Below are positions 15,186 to 34,436 of a stretch of 64,000 bases of DNA, one piece after another. Position numbers and translations under genes: made by a program. Every line of letters starts with the position of its first letter. Position 1 is the stretch's first letter. This stretch comes from the human T2T-CHM13v2.0 reference genome, Homo sapiens. The stretch lies in NCBI RefSeq assembly GCF_009914755.1, contig NC_060941.1. One strand, written 5' to 3'. The notes beneath the pieces were generated by a model, which was not told the origin of the DNA, did not search any database, and worked only from the letters and a program-made list of their open reading frames with translations.

Positions 15186-15552
15186 GGGGGATGCTTCGTG
15201 CTGGGGGGCACTGACCCATGAGGCTGAAGGGGAAGTCTAGAAGAAGGAGTTTGCATCTAGCATCTGGCAGCCTAGGAGTACATTTCCTATCACCCAGGGA
15301 GGCTATGTCTTGCTCTTGGTTTCTCTCTCATGCACTCATGGGAGTGACGAGAAAAGGAGAAAGGACAGACGTGACCACAGACTTAGTGAGTGCAGATGTT
15401 GGAAGGAGAGGGCTGGAATCATGCTGAGCCTTCCCGTTTGGGCACGTGGAGATGGGTGTATCACTAGGAGAAGTAGGGTTACTGGTGGGGAGGAGAGGAG
15501 GCAACTTCAGGTTATGTGTGTTGAGTGTGAAATGCCCCAGTATATTGAAATG

Positions 15553-16216
<664 letters not shown>

Positions 16217-16464
16217 AACTGTCAGCATCTAGCTGGGGGAGGAAAATCATGAGTGGCATCTTTGGGAAGGAAGGCAGGCCCAGATGTAGAGAATTGAGAA
16301 GAGAGCTGAAAATCTGAGAGGGCACAAGAAGGCCAAAGATAGGGAGAAGAAGAGGACCATGGGTTGGTGGAGGAGGGGAGAGGAGCTGGCAAGGTTTTGA
16401 CTTGTGCACTTGGACGTGAGTGTGTGTGTCTGTGAGTGTGCACATGTATGGGTGCATGCATGTC

Positions 16465-17483
16465 TGTTGCAGGAAGTCAGGGACCCCAAACGGAGGGACC
16501 AGCTGGAGCTGTGGCAGAGGAACATAAATTGTGAAGATTTCATGGGCATTTATCAGTTCCCAAATAATACTTTTATAATTTCTTATGCCTGTCTTGTCTT
16601 TAATCTCTTAATCCTGTTATCTTTGTAAGCTGAGGATGTATGTCACCTCGGGACCACTGTGATAATTGTGTTAACTGTACAAATTGATTGTAAAACATGT
16701 CTGTTTGAACAATATGAAATCAGGGCACCTTGAAAAAGAACAGAATAACAGCGATTTTTAGGGAACAAGGGAAGACAACCATAAGGTCTGACTGCCTGTG
16801 GGGTCGGGCAAAAAAAGCCATATTTTTCTTCTTGCAGAGAGCCTATAAACAGACGTGCAAGTAGGGAAGATATTGCTAAATTCTTTTCCTAGCAAGGAAT
16901 ATTAATATTAATACCCTGGGAAAGGAATGCATTCCTGGGGGGAGATCTATAAATGGCCACTCTGGGAGTGTCTGTCTTATGCAGTTGAGATAAGGACTGA
17001 GATACGCCCTGGTCTCCTGCAGTACCCTCAGGCTTACTAGGGTGGGGAAAAACTGCCCTGGTAAATTTGTGGTCAGACCGGTTCTCTGCTCTCGAACCCT
17101 GTTTTCTGTTGTTTAAGATGTTTATCAAGACAATATGTGCACCGCTGAACACAGACCCTTCTCGGTGGTTCTGTTTTTGCCCTTTGCCCTGTGATCTTTG
17201 TTGGACCCTTATCAGTGGTTCTGCTTTTTGTCCTTTGAAGCATGTGATCTTTGTACCTACTCTCTGTTCTTACACCCCCTCCCCTTTTGAAACCCTTAAT
17301 AAAAACTTGCCGGTCTGAGACTCAGGCGGGCATCACGGTCCTACTGATATGTGATGTCACCCCCAGCAGCCCAGCTGTAAAATTCCTCTCTTTGTACTGT
17401 CTCTCTTTGTTTCTCAGCCGGCCGACACTTATGGAAAATAGAAAGAACATATGTTGAAATATTAGGGGCAGGTTCCCCCAATA
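16465..17483 (+). mobile_element. MER11 solo LTR (HERV-K11/HML-8; MER11C-like)
   Basis: tgttgcaggaagtcagggacccc start, ggttcccccaata end, AATAAA near 17298, perfect 6-bp TSD CATGTC. Confidence 0.93.
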
Positions 17484-17496
17484 CATGTCTATGTGA

Positions 17497-17972
<476 letters not shown>

Positions 17973-18309
17973 GACTTAGAAGAATTTTAAAGCAGCCAAG
18001 AGACTTGGCGGCTGGGGGTCACTGGACACCTTCAGTAAAACCATTTTCTTTAAATGGCAGGGGACTAGAGGTTGTGGGTAAACTAAGGAGAGAGGCAGAG
18101 AGCGATGGCTCAAAAGGCAGCAGGGTGTTCGCAAATAGAGAATTGAGAGGGAGAAAACAGAGTTTGGGGAAGGGAAGATGCTCCAAGTCAGTTCTATTAA
18201 TGAAATGGACTGCTTAGAATTTAGACAGAATGAAAAAGGTAGAAAAGTGAGGTACCATAATTATTAGTATATTTCTATCATGTCATTCAAATATGCTTAA
18301 AACTAATGT

Positions 18310-19020
<711 letters not shown>

Positions 19021-19089
19021 AAATTTACTATGTATATTGTCTTCAGGATGGCATTTTAAAAAAGAAAAATTTACTATGTATATCTATGA

Positions 19090-19250
19090 GTAACAAGGGA
19101 TCTTTTAGGGTGATAAAAGTTCTATAATTGGATTATGGAAATATCTGCACAACTCTATAAATTTACTAAAAATCATAAAATCGTACATAAAAACTGGTAG
19201 ATTTTATGGTATGTCAGTTATGCCTCAATAAAGTTGTTTAAAACAATAAA
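19090..19250 (+). mobile_element. L1M (MC/ME-type) 3' terminus
   Basis: gcacaactctataaatttactaaaaatca...ttttatggtatgtcagttatgcctcaataaag. Confidence 0.7.
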
Positions 19251-19663
19251 AAAACTTTAAAACTTTATGACACAGACAAAACACTCTATAATAGGGTTGC
19301 AGTACATTTAGACTAAAACAACTCAAAAATATACCGAGTCATCTGTCAAACGAGAATAACAGTTCCGTAGAATCACTGTGAAGATGGCACAAGGTAAGAC
19401 ATTCCCTGGCCTACAGAAGGTTCGATGCAGCGCAGCTCTGATTAAGGAGATTAAGGGAATGAATCCCACCATCTCTGAATCTGGCTTCCCTGTGTGATAT
19501 CTCCGGGGTACGGCAAAGCCTGGGTAGGATGTGCACCCAGACACGTTTCTTGGCAATGAAATATCCCACAGCCCAGGAAGGAGGTGAGGGCAGATTGATT
19601 CCACTTCTTGTGGCCCAAGAGAAGGCCTGCAGGTCCCAGGGATGAACTTTGTCTTGAAAATCA

Positions 19664-19988
<325 letters not shown>

Positions 19989-21188
19989 TCACATGGGTTA
20001 ATTTGAGTGGGGAAGGGAAGGGAGGGAACGCAATACTAAGGGAGGCATGTGTATGGGGCGTGGTGGGGAATAGGGGCTGGAAAAGCCATTTGTAGTTGCT
20101 GGACAGTAGAGAGCCACTCACTGTAAACCAGTAGGTCTTTGTAGGTGCCCTCGAGGAAGCCAGGAGACAAAAAGAGGCTGCCCCTATCTGTCAGCTGGTT
20201 TTATTTCCAGAGCCCAGGGAATGTGTCAAAACTATGGAAAGTCCCCATCGCACACGACTGGGAGCCACCTTCAGGCTGGAAACGTCCATGGAGTCCCTCT
20301 GCCTGCTGGGGACAAGCCAGCTAGCCTGTCCTATTGGACCTTCAAGGGCAAGCATGCAGCCTTGTGATTCTTGGCCCTGCTAAACCCACCGTCCTTTCTA
20401 TCAAACAAAAACGGAACGTCCTGCTTTCTTGTTTGTAGAATACAAAGACGGGATTTGGTTTCCCAAATAGAAGATTAAATCTCAATCCTCAGTGCGCTGC
20501 TTTAAACCCCATGGATGCGCGCCTCTGAGGCAACTGGGCCCCCTCGCCTCCTGCCCTTGTTGTGAATCTCCAGTGCAGCCCCATCCCTCTGGCGCTGCCA
20601 GGAAATGCTTACTGACTGCTGGGCCCGTGGTGCTGCCATAGGGCCACACACTTCATCCAGCCTGTAGCCAGCCAGGGGCTTGGTAAATGACCCCAAAGGC
20701 AGACTCTGCCGGCTGTGTCCCTGTCTCTACATAAAACAACGCACAAACCCATACCTTTCCCAGAATCTGCACGTGGTTCAAAGGCATGAAATGCCACACG
20801 CAGGAGGTACAAAGGACCTGCCTGAGGCCCAAACAGGTTACTCTAGGGAAAGTGGGGGAAGGCTGTGTGGACCATTGAGCTCTATGTAGTTATAGCATGC
20901 CTCTTCCCTCATGGCGTGAAGGATTTAAAGCCCCCAAAGAGAGGCTCCTTCCAGGGTTCTCCTTTCAAGCACTTCAAAATAGTCCCACTGAGAGATGACT
21001 CCGCTCCAGCCAGGTTCTCAGCTCCTGGAGGGCAGGTCACATTTGCTTTCTCTGACTTGCATCTCACATGTGGCACAGAGCAGACCCCCTTGATCAGTAT
21101 TCGGCAGAATAAGGGACTAGTCTCCCTTCATCCCCTAGGCCTAATTCTCCCTGGATGGCCTTGAAGAGAAGCAGGTACATCCAGGTGA

Positions 21189-21668
<480 letters not shown>

Positions 21669-21802
21669 TAGGGAGTTCTGCCCAGTGGTCAATGTCCTAG
21701 AAAGCTCAGGTAGCACACAGCCAGAGGAGGATAGAAACCCTTGCTGGGAGCACACATCCCTCTTCCCTCCCACTCCCCACCCAAGTAGAGAGTATGTGGA
21801 TA

Positions 21803-22657
<855 letters not shown>

Positions 22658-23096
22658 AGCCTCCCACCTCCAGGCAGAAGGAATAGTAGCTCAAGCTTGC
22701 CTACTCTCGACAACTGCCCCTGCTTGGAATGCATCCCAGGGCTCTCGGGAGGCTAAGCGTGAGGGAGATTGATGGGTGAACTTGGGCTGCAGGAGACACC
22801 ACTTGTTCAATCAGCAGACTTTGCACTTAGCATGTGGAACTGGCCACCTACAGTGCCCGATCTTCTGTGGCCAGATGTGCTGTCAAGGCAGATTTATACT
22901 CAGGAGTGCGGGAGGCCTGGTGGCGCTCCTTCCCGCCCTGGATCAGTGAGACACAGCCTCCAGTTTCTGCTTCCTTCCGTCCATGGGCTTGGATTTGTAT
23001 CTTACCTGATCAATTCTTGTCAGGAATGTCAGACCAGCTGTGAGGTCCTCCTGAGTGCAAACAGTGACAGCCAGGAGATGTGGCTCAGAGTTAATT

Positions 23097-23414
<318 letters not shown>

Positions 23415-23957
23415 TGGCTTACAGTTAATTTGCAACCAACCTGACTTTAAAGCTGGGAAACGAAGAGAGACCTGTTCCAGTTATAATTAGAGATCCTTTT
23501 GGACTAGTGAAGGCAGAAGGGTGTTTACAGGATCTTGTTATCTTCTTTCTTGGTTTATCCTGGCCGCCCCCTCAGCCGTTACTTTTCCTAGCCAATCTTC
23601 AACTGCTTCCTAAGGAAGGGTACAAGTCTGAAAACATCTTTATTCTATGAATCATCATTGAGTGAATGTGAGTATAGAAAATTCTAGGTTTAATATTATT
23701 TTTCCTCAGAACTTTGAAAGCTTGAAGCTTGGGAAATTAAAAGCCTTGTTTATTGCTGGGGAGACCTTTGAAGCACTTCTGCCAAACTATTTCCCCCTTT
23801 CTGGAAGCTCTAACGATAGCATTCTACAATTTCATGCTGATGTATCTTGGCAACGGTCCCTTTTTTATATAGTGGGCTGGCACTTAGGGGGCCTTCCCAC
23901 TCTTGAAAATTCAGGTACTTCAGTTTGGGAAAGTTTTTATTGTATCACTTTTGCACT

Positions 23958-24247
23958 TTTTTTTGAGACTGAGTCCCTCTTTGTCGCCCAGACTGGAGTA
24001 GAGTGGTGCGATCTTGGCTCACTGCAACCTCCGCCTCCCAAGTTCAAGTGATTCTCCCGCCTCAGCCTCCTGAGTAGCTGGGATTACAGGCGCCCGTCAC
24101 CATGCCGGGCTAATTTCTGTATTTTTAGTAGAGACGGGGTTGTGCCATGTTGGCCAGGCTGGACTCGAACTCCTGACCTCAGGTGATCTGCCTGCCTTGG
24201 CCTCCCAAAGTGCTGGGATTACAGGCGTGAGCCACCGTGCTCAGCCT
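23958..24247 (-). mobile_element. AluSx
   Basis: Full dimer; TSD tcacttttg..ctttt. Confidence 0.95.
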
Positions 24248-24672
24248 CACTTTTGTGCTTTTTAAGCTCCATTTTCTCTTTCTTTCTGGAATGCTGACGA
24301 GTCACCAGTAGATCCTACTGGATTCATATTCTCATTTCCTTACCTTCTTTTCTCACATTTTGCATCTACATGTCTTTTATTCTATTTTTAAGAGATTTCC
24401 TCAACTTCATCTTTTCATCCTTCTACTGTTTTATTCTAGCTATCTTGTTTTTGATTTCCAAGAGCTCCTTCTTAATCTAATTGTGCCTTTTCATTATTGA
24501 TAGCATCCTCTTCTTCTCCCTCTGAGGATATTCATCATTTTCATTGTTGCTTTTGTTTTATGTTTCCTTGTGACCTCTGCATTGTTTCTGTTATCTCCAA
24601 ATTAATTTTTCTGTCTTTATCTTTCATACCGAAGGCATGCCTCAAAAGTCTAAGGAATTAGAGCTATCCAGT

Positions 24673-25491
24673 TGTGGTATAATACAAAACATATTTTGTC
24701 TTTGTGTCTGGTGGCACAGAGCTTCCCAAACTCCTGGAATTAACTAAGGAATAGGAGTGTCTTTGTTTATTCATAATGAGCCCCTTTTGTTAACACCCGA
24801 GTTTATGCTAATAAGGTGACTAACTTGAGGTAGGCCCCTAGATAGTCTCAGGGTGGGCTGGTCACGGTCACCAGAAAGACCAAGTGATTAGAAGGCTAGA
24901 ATTATCAACCCCACCCACTGACCTCCTAGAGGGGATTCGAAGGAGGCTGGATATTAAGCCGTCTAAAAACTCAACAAGAAGATATGATGAGTTTCCAGGT
25001 TGGTGAACACACGGAGGTGCTTGGAAGGGCAGTGGGCCTGGAGAGGAAATGGAAGCTCCATGCCTCTTTCCCTATAACTGCCCAATGCATCTCTTCCATC
25101 TGGCTGTTCCTGAGTTGTATCCTTTTAGGATAAAGTGGTAATTTTGCAAGTAGATGGTTTTCTTGAGTTCTGTGAGCCATTCTAGGAAATAACTGAACCC
25201 GACGAGGGGGTCGTGGGAACCCCTGATCTACAGCCAGATGGTCAGAAGCCCAGCTGACAACCTAGATTGGTGTTTAGCATCTGAAGTAAGGGATCTGAGC
25301 CCTTAGCCTGTGGGATCTGACACGATCTCCAGGTGGATACTGTCAGAATTGAGTTAAATTGTAAGGCACCAAATTGGTGCTCTCAGAAAACTAGAGAATT
25401 GGTTGTTACAGGAAAAAAAAAAAATACCCACATCTTTGCTGGCCATAAGTTCTGTGTGTGAGTGTTGGGAAAACAGGAGTTTCTCTTATCA
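24673..25491 (+). mobile_element. MER21 (B/C-like) LTR
   Basis: ggagtgtctttgtttattcataatgagcccc...gagttctgtgagccattctag...tgtcagaattgagttaaattgta. Confidence 0.85.
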
Positions 25492-25636
25492 CTGGTCATA
25501 TTTAATTGCAAAGCATTAAGAAATGGACCAGAGGCTCATATGCATAGAAGGGGCCTGTTGGGTGGGGAACTACCATCTAGGGGGATTGGGCCTCCAGTCA
25601 TCTTTTTGGTAGGTGGACCTCCAAATATCAATGTTT

Positions 25637-26438
25637 TGAAACTGCCTTTGCAAAGAATATGACAGGAAGAGAAGCTTGACATGGCAGACTCCATCTTGGC
25701 TTCTAGCCCTGCAGGTGGGCTGCCCTCGCTCATTCTTAGGTGCAGGCAAGGAATTTAGTTTATGGTTTAACTTTAAAGCAAGGATGATAATAGTCCCTCC
25801 CTAAAACTGATCCCCTTCCTGTTCAGGGACTGAAACTGGCTTTGTAAGACTAAGTGCAGACTACAAGATTAGGATTACGGGAGGGGCCTGAATTCTGCTA
25901 AAATGTAGGTATAGCTAAATGACAGCCAGCAAATGTCCACTAGCTTGTTTTTCTATAATCCCTTGCTGCTCAGGAGTCGTGTGGCCAGAGGTCACAAGAT
26001 TTGTGATTTCTGCAATTGCTCCTATAGATAACACTATACATCACTATTGTAGAACCTAAGATTGGTCTTTTGAGATGTTTTTCAGACTTTTGCATTCTGG
26101 CACCTGACTGACCCCACCTGGATCTGTGATTCCTAAGCAATCCTGTCCTGTGGCTCCCACCCAGAGTCGGACTCAGCACATGAGGACTCTTCCACACCTC
26201 TATGATTTCATCCCCAACCAATCAGCAGCATGCATTCCCAAGCCCCCTGCCCAACAAATTATCCATAAAAATCCTAGCCTTTAACTTCTGAGGGAGGCAG
26301 ATTTGAGTAATAAACTGTCTTCTCTTTCCACTTGGCTGTCCTTATGTTAATTAAACTCTTTCTCTACTGAAACAACATTATCTCAGTGGATTGGATTTAT
26401 CTGTGCTGTGGGCAAGAAGAACATGTTGGGTGGTTACA
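25637..26438 (+). mobile_element. LTR8-family (LTR8A/B-like) ERV1 solo LTR
   Basis: tgaaactgcctttgcaaag start, ggttaca end, perfect 4-bp TSD GTTT. Confidence 0.88.
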
Positions 26439-26559
26439 GTTTGGAGATTATTTCTCTAAGATCCTGCAGCAGAGTCCAGCAGTCTTTTCCTCTCTTCCCC
26501 GGAGGATATAATCTTGGTTTCACTATTCCCAATTTCGGCTTAGATCATCTTCTTTCTTT

Positions 26560-26600
<41 letters not shown>

Positions 26601-27156
26601 CTGCCCTCTCAGGCCCACCTTCTCCTGGGATTCACTTTCTCCAGATACCTCTCTTGGTTCATTTATCTGGATAACAAATTTTTCTCCTGCCGTGGTACAG
26701 GAGCGGCAATTGTTCTGTTATTTGGTGTGGGATGAGCTCTAAGGATTCCTGATACAGATCACAACCAACCATCCTGTTTGCGATCCCATCTCTACTCCAA
26801 GTTTGGAGCCTCAGGATCTCGACACTTCCTAGGGTTTATGCAGGACATTTCAGCTTGCTTCTTCGTGGCTTCCCTTTTGCAATCACCTGGACTCCATCTT
26901 TCTCTACTCTTTGTCCATTTCTGCATCCATGGTTCAAATATCTGAGGACCTCTCATCACTCATCACATCTTGGAGTAACAGTATGGCATTAAAAAGGTAT
27001 GTCCAAAAGAGAGAGACTCTTACTTTCATTTTAACGGTATTTTAGGAAGCAGCAGAAATGCATGTGTTAAAATCTGCCACATTTAAACAAGGTCTGCTTA
27101 ACTATCCCAAGCCTCAGATTTTGTTTGTTTGTTTGTTTAATTGAAAACGAAGAGTT

Positions 27157-27513
<357 letters not shown>

Positions 27514-27539
27514 TTAAGAAAATATCTTTCCCCAATTCT

Positions 27540-28445
<906 letters not shown>

Positions 28446-28446
28446 C

Positions 28447-28780
28447 ATTGTTTAGACTGCTATAACAAAATACCTGAGCAGCTTACAAACAACAATTGTT
28501 TGTTTCTCACAGTTCTTGAGGCTGGGAAGTCCAAATTCATGGCACCAGCAGATTCATTGTCTGGGAGGGTGCATTTTCTGAGTGTCAGACTGCCAACTTC
28601 TTCCTGTATCCTCACATGGTAGAAAGGGTCAGGCAACTCTATGGGGCCTCTCTTTTAAGGGCACTAATCCAGTCTCTAGGGCCCCACCATTATGACCTAA
28701 TTACCTCCTGACAGCCCCACCTCCTAACCATCACATTGGAAACTGGGTATTTTGGGGGTACAAACATTCAGGCCATGGCA
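28447..28780 (-). mobile_element. MLT1A-type LTR
   Basis: ctgctataacaaaatacc...gaggctgggaagtccaa...aaacattcaggccatggca. Confidence 0.82.
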
Positions 28781-28944
28781 ATCACTGTTTATAATTTTAA
28801 AGCTTTGTGGAAAAATAGTTTTCCAGGGTAAAAGTTCTACCTAATCAGAAATCCACCTGGATCTCAGAAGGGAGAGGCTGGGCATCTTTGCCTGTCAGAG
28901 ATGCAGTAACTGAGATGCTGTATCTAAAATGCATAGCTTAGTCT

Positions 28945-29076
28945 TTCTTCTCCCTGTTCTACTATCAGTGGTGTGCTCTTTGAGGAGTCACACTTTCTGT
29001 GAGCTTCAATTTCCTCTTACAACAAAGAGGTGAACTATATTATCTTTCAGGTTCATCCAAATTCTAAAATTCTTTG
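28945..29076 (+). mobile_element. MIR3/MIR fragment
   Basis: gagcttcaatttcctc...ggttcatccaaattctaaaattct. Confidence 0.5.
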
Positions 29077-29754
29077 TCCACTTGGGAAAAGTTTGTTGGT
29101 TTTGTTTTTTATTTAACAAAAATATTCTCTTTCCTCCCTTTCAACCAGACACATGATTTCTCTGCTCTTAATCCTCCTACTACTGACCAGATGATAAGGG
29201 AACCACATCACCAATGTCTTTTATACTCAACTAGCTTAGTGCAATGAATATAACACATGCTATTAGATGAGAATGTAACTTTGCCATAAAAATAGTGAAT
29301 CTAAAGCAAAGCCTTATATTTATAAAGTGATGAAATTGCATCCACAATAAAAAATCCTATCAGCAAAGCTGTGTAACAATACAAGGCTTTGGAGAGAGTT
29401 ATTTCTACCAATGAACTTAGTGAATCACTAAATAAACTGTCTTTTTGTCTCCCCCACAAAAACTTGGCCTTAGTATAAATGATATTATATTTTCTCTGGC
29501 CAGAAAAATAAGAAAAAATAAGATACTATTATGCTTGGAGAGAAAGCTGCTCCCCAAGGTCATGTTAGTGTAACCAGAGATCCTTTCGGAGGGAAGACAA
29601 GCATCTGGGCAGTCAACCTGATGGGCTGGCAAACTTTATCCGTTAGTAGATTTTCTCCCAGGGTCAGCTTTAAGAATCATCACTGCTGTATCCTAGACAT
29701 TTTGGTTTCTATTTGAAATCAGAGCAACAATAAAAATTAAGGTACATTTGAATG

Positions 29755-30307
29755 ATTTAGAATCTAGAGTCTAGGGTTGGATACAATGTATAACAAAGAT
29801 GTCTAGGCAATTTAATTGCATCATTCAGATTGCAAAAGAAATGGTTAGCCACACAAGAAGATAATGTGCCTTTAAGCAACTTAAAAGTAATTCTTGATGA
29901 GCAAGGCAGAATGGAATAGCAACGGGGCCTCATATCACAGTCAAAACATCTGCTTCTGGTCCCACCTCTGCTATTACCCAGCCTTGGACAAGACATCCAG
30001 TTTCTTGATTTGAAAAGTGCACATACTAGGGTAAACTGAATAATTTCCAAAGTCGTCTTTTTACGGTGAACTTTAACATTCTATGATATATGGATGAAAA
30101 CTACAATGACAAATAAATAGCAAGTTCGTTCTTGTAACTCCCTCTTGTGTATAAATATCTCGATGTCATTTAAGAAGGCATTGTGCTTGGGGGGGTTTAG
30201 TTTTCATAAGCTCAGCATCCTTACTGCTTCTTTTGGTGATAGCATCCCGCTTTTCTTTGAGAAATTCCCTGCCTCCATCCTACACAGTCCGATGAACAAG
30301 CTCCTCC
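29755..30307 (+). repeat. Old local duplication, copy 2; partner 21803-22657
   Basis: Collinear with copy 1; carries the empty site for the 22107 Alu. Confidence 0.88.
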
Positions 30308-30630
30308 CCGCCCCTTAGTGTTGGCCTCTACAACCTGACCTGGATTCTCCCAATCCGATTTTCTCTTCCAGAATTGAAAGTTGAGCTGAATGACACAGGG
30401 GCAGAAAATGGTTGTTCGTGAGTCATTCTGACGTCAGCTCTTTGAAGAGACTGCCCATAGCTCCCGTCTATTATTGCAGGTTTTGGGATGCCTTGCTATT
30501 GGTCTTCCAAAGACTAGCTTTTCCTTAGATTCTCTGAGTTACTCCTTATACTTTTGAAAAACTTCTTCATATGCTTTAGCTGGCCAGAGATGACATCTGT
30601 TGCTCACAACCAACAAACCCTAACGGATGG
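30185..30630 (+). mobile_element. Old ERVL/MaLR LTR (MLT1K/LTR33-like)
   Basis: ttttggtgatagcatcccgcttttctttgagaa and 3' end gctggccagagatgacatctgttgctcacaacc. Confidence 0.5.
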
Positions 30631-31427
30631 AGAACTCTTTTCTGGTCCCCATTGTCAGATTTTAATTTGTATTTTGAAGTAATAAAACCGAATTTGTTTA
30701 AAGTGCTCTAAAAATTTCGATATTTTTGTCTAATTAAGACACCCATTTTCTCTAATTAGAATAAGCAGAGCTACTGCACATTCTAAAGCATAATATTAAT
30801 TTTCTGCTACCTTAGACTGTACTTGATTAACCTGGTAAAATACCATGGTTCTTTATGAAGCTGAGCCTGAACTAAGGGCAAATACATTCATGGATCAGAC
30901 CCTGGGACTAGTTCTATCCTCCTCTATAATCATGGATGTCATCATCAGAATGCTGTGGAACTCTTGGCAGCATCCAATCTACCAAGTGTTCTCCGGAGAG
31001 AAAAGCAGAAGTTGATCACTCTGCCTCTCAGCCAAAAGCCCATCATAGCACTGCCAGGGGCACTTCTGCCAGGAAAGCAATGAGCTTTTTAGCAGGTGGT
31101 ACAAAAGTACGCCAGGAGCTAAGACTTCAAATATTACCCTCAAAAGAGTAAAACGCCTTTAGTTAAGGCAGGATGGGGCAGAGGGAGGCGGCAGAGAAGG
31201 ACCTGCATATTCCACTAATGAAGGCTAGAGTCTACCTCCGTAAGAGTGCTTTTGTGAAGCAACATTTAAAACGTGACACTGACAGCGCTACTCACTGATG
31301 GGTTAGGAGGCCATGAGAACCGCTTTCTTGAGAGAGCTGAGCAAGATATATAATGGGACTTATCCGGTCTCAGAACTGTTGCTGAGAAAAACTGTTGACA
31401 TTACCCTCTCATTCTACATTCTAGAAC

Positions 31428-31624
31428 AACACGGCATGTCTAATACAGTAGCCACATGCGGCTTTTTACACTTAAATTAATTAAACAAGATTACACACCA
31501 TTTCCTCAGTCATAGCAGCCACCTTTCAAGTACTCAAAAGCCCCAGGGGATTCATGGCTACCATACTGGACCGTGCAGATACTGAGTATTTCTATCACTG
31601 CAGAAAGTTCTACAGGACAGTGTT
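31428..31624 (-). mobile_element. MER3 (hAT-Charlie)
   Basis: tggctaccatactggaccgtgcagat...cactgcagaaagttctacaggacagtg. Confidence 0.8.
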
Positions 31625-32662
31625 ACTCTACTGAGAAGTACCTGACCCTCTTGCAGAACTGGAGAAGGAGTAGTTCCTCCCAAATGGTGCCCTCGGCCCC
31701 CAGTGGTCCCATGGAAGGCGGAGAGACAAGAACGACCATACCAAGAACGGCCTTGGAGAGTTGTCAGAGCTCACCCTGAGGATGGAGGAGTTCCTCTATA
31801 CTCAGGCCAAATGAGGGCCACTGCAAGAGACATGCTTGCAGAGTTTGGCATGCTCCTCTGGAGAACTGGGCTCTGAACACATTGTGGAATAGTCCCGAGG
31901 TGAGAAGGTGCCTGAGAGAACTCCAGTAGCCATCAGAGGAGAGGGGGATGCCCTGGAAGCAGCCTGCATTTCCAGAGGCAAAGGGCCAAGGTGACATTTT
32001 AGAAGGTGACTAGGTACAAACAAGCTATAAAGGTTAACCCGAGAGATCAGCCTGCAAGGACAAACTGATTCTAATAGCATCTGTGCAGAGAGGATCACCT
32101 GGGGCTGGGGGGACCCCAAGAGGTCATCCACAATGCATCCTGCCCATCCCTGTGTATATTTCCATGAAGAGGCTCTGAAGAGCCCTCACAATTAGGACCC
32201 CATGAGAACAATGGTCCACACTTGAGAATCTGCTACTTCAAGGACACCAACACTAAATTATAACTGTAACCTTTAGGGAAGGCCTTTTGTCACTCACCAC
32301 CCAAACACAATCCTTCACTTCTTTCTTCCTTCAATCCTAAGGAATTGGCAAGGCAAGCAGGGTAGGGGGTAAAAAACTAAGGAAGGGGCAAACCACCCAC
32401 ATCTTGTCCACTGCAGGCTGCCAAGGCTAAAGCAACCCAGGAGTTATTGGTGGAAGGAAAGAATGCTCTACTCAAGGAGATGCTGAAGTTCTATTAAGAC
32501 TGGTCCATCGGGATTGCATATGACAATGAATCTGCTCATCAATACCTAAAACTTACAGGAAAATGTAGCTGTCTATGGAATCACCCAGGGGAAGGGAAGG
32601 GAGAGCCAACAGAACAGGTTAGGAAGACATTGATATGAGAAAATCAAGCTGTTATGATTTCA

Positions 32663-32989
<327 letters not shown>

Positions 32990-33003
32990 GATTTATGTCC
33001 TAG

Positions 33004-33346
<343 letters not shown>

Positions 33347-34436
33347 CTAGCTTTCCTTTATATGAGAAAAGATAACATTGTTTCAGATATTCTATACATG
33401 CAGCCAATCCCTTATCCTAACTCAGAAGCCAGAATCCATTGCGGAGAGTTGAACTTGGTTTTCAAAGTCCTATGTGCTTCATTCTAAATCATCTGTCCTT
33501 ATTTCTGTAGGCTGAGGAAAGTTCCTGAAGGTGGTTGCCCAGTTGTAGAGTGTCCTTTCAGCTCCATGACTATATTCTTCAGATGGGACTTGAACTTAGG
33601 AATCCCTACATGTTGGGGAGAACAGGATGCTGTAACAGCAATGAACTTCCAGACACAGCTTTGATCATTGGTGAATCAGAGAGTTCTGTTGTTGTTGTTT
33701 TTCTAATCTCTTTGCTGTTTCTTTTGCTCTTTCTTCCCACCCTCATTCTCCTGCCAGGGAAAAAAAAAACATAGCCAGGCAAGAGCACATCCAATTCCCT
33801 TTCTTAATTAGAAGCGAAACATTTGAAAAGCTGTGGCACAACTGCTTGACGAACATTTGCAAGTTATCTCCAAGCACAAAGCCAACACATTAAGGAAAGC
33901 AACAGGGTCATAGAACACGTCCCAGGCTAACAGAGAGGGTGATCCAGATTTGCAGAGGTGTCTGTCAACCACGGCTGGAGGCTCCTAATCCCCTCACTCA
34001 GAGCTGGTCATGCACAGAGAAAGGCTCATATGAAACACAACAAACCCAAGCTCTCCCAGGTGTCCGTAGCCCAGCTACGAAATCTGTCATCCCAAACTAA
34101 CACTCCAGAGCACTTAATGGGTTTTAGGGGAGCGTTCAAATAAATAATCATTTCCTGGTATTGGAGATTGGATTTCATACACCATAGCCCAGGCCCAAGC
34201 TTAATGGGAGAGAGATAAAGAACAGAGTTCTTTTTCCAAAAGTAAAATTTACTTCTGATCCATTAATATGTATGCAAATAGTTTCTTCCAGACTCTGTGG
34301 TCTGGGAAATAAAATAGCCAGCTTGATCATAATTATTTTCTTACTTCCAGGGTGCTTGATATTAGATGCAGTAATGGTTTGCTATGGCAAATCCTAGGGC
34401 CTCTTTCCCTAGAAAGTGTTAAATAAGAACAGGTTG

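Larger units (their letters stand above)
23630..27085 (-). mobile_element. HAL1 / old L1 5'-region remnants hosting Alu, MER21 and LTR8 insertions
   Basis: gagatttcctcaacttcatc...tttccaagagctccttc...ctctgaggatatt typical of antisense HAL1; pieces ~23630-24672, 25492-25636, 26439-27085. Confidence 0.6.

Noticed and set aside
20480-20620. GC-richer patch as CpG island or CTCF site
   Set aside because: Too short and CpG-poor for an island; the CTCF-like match lacks the GGC core
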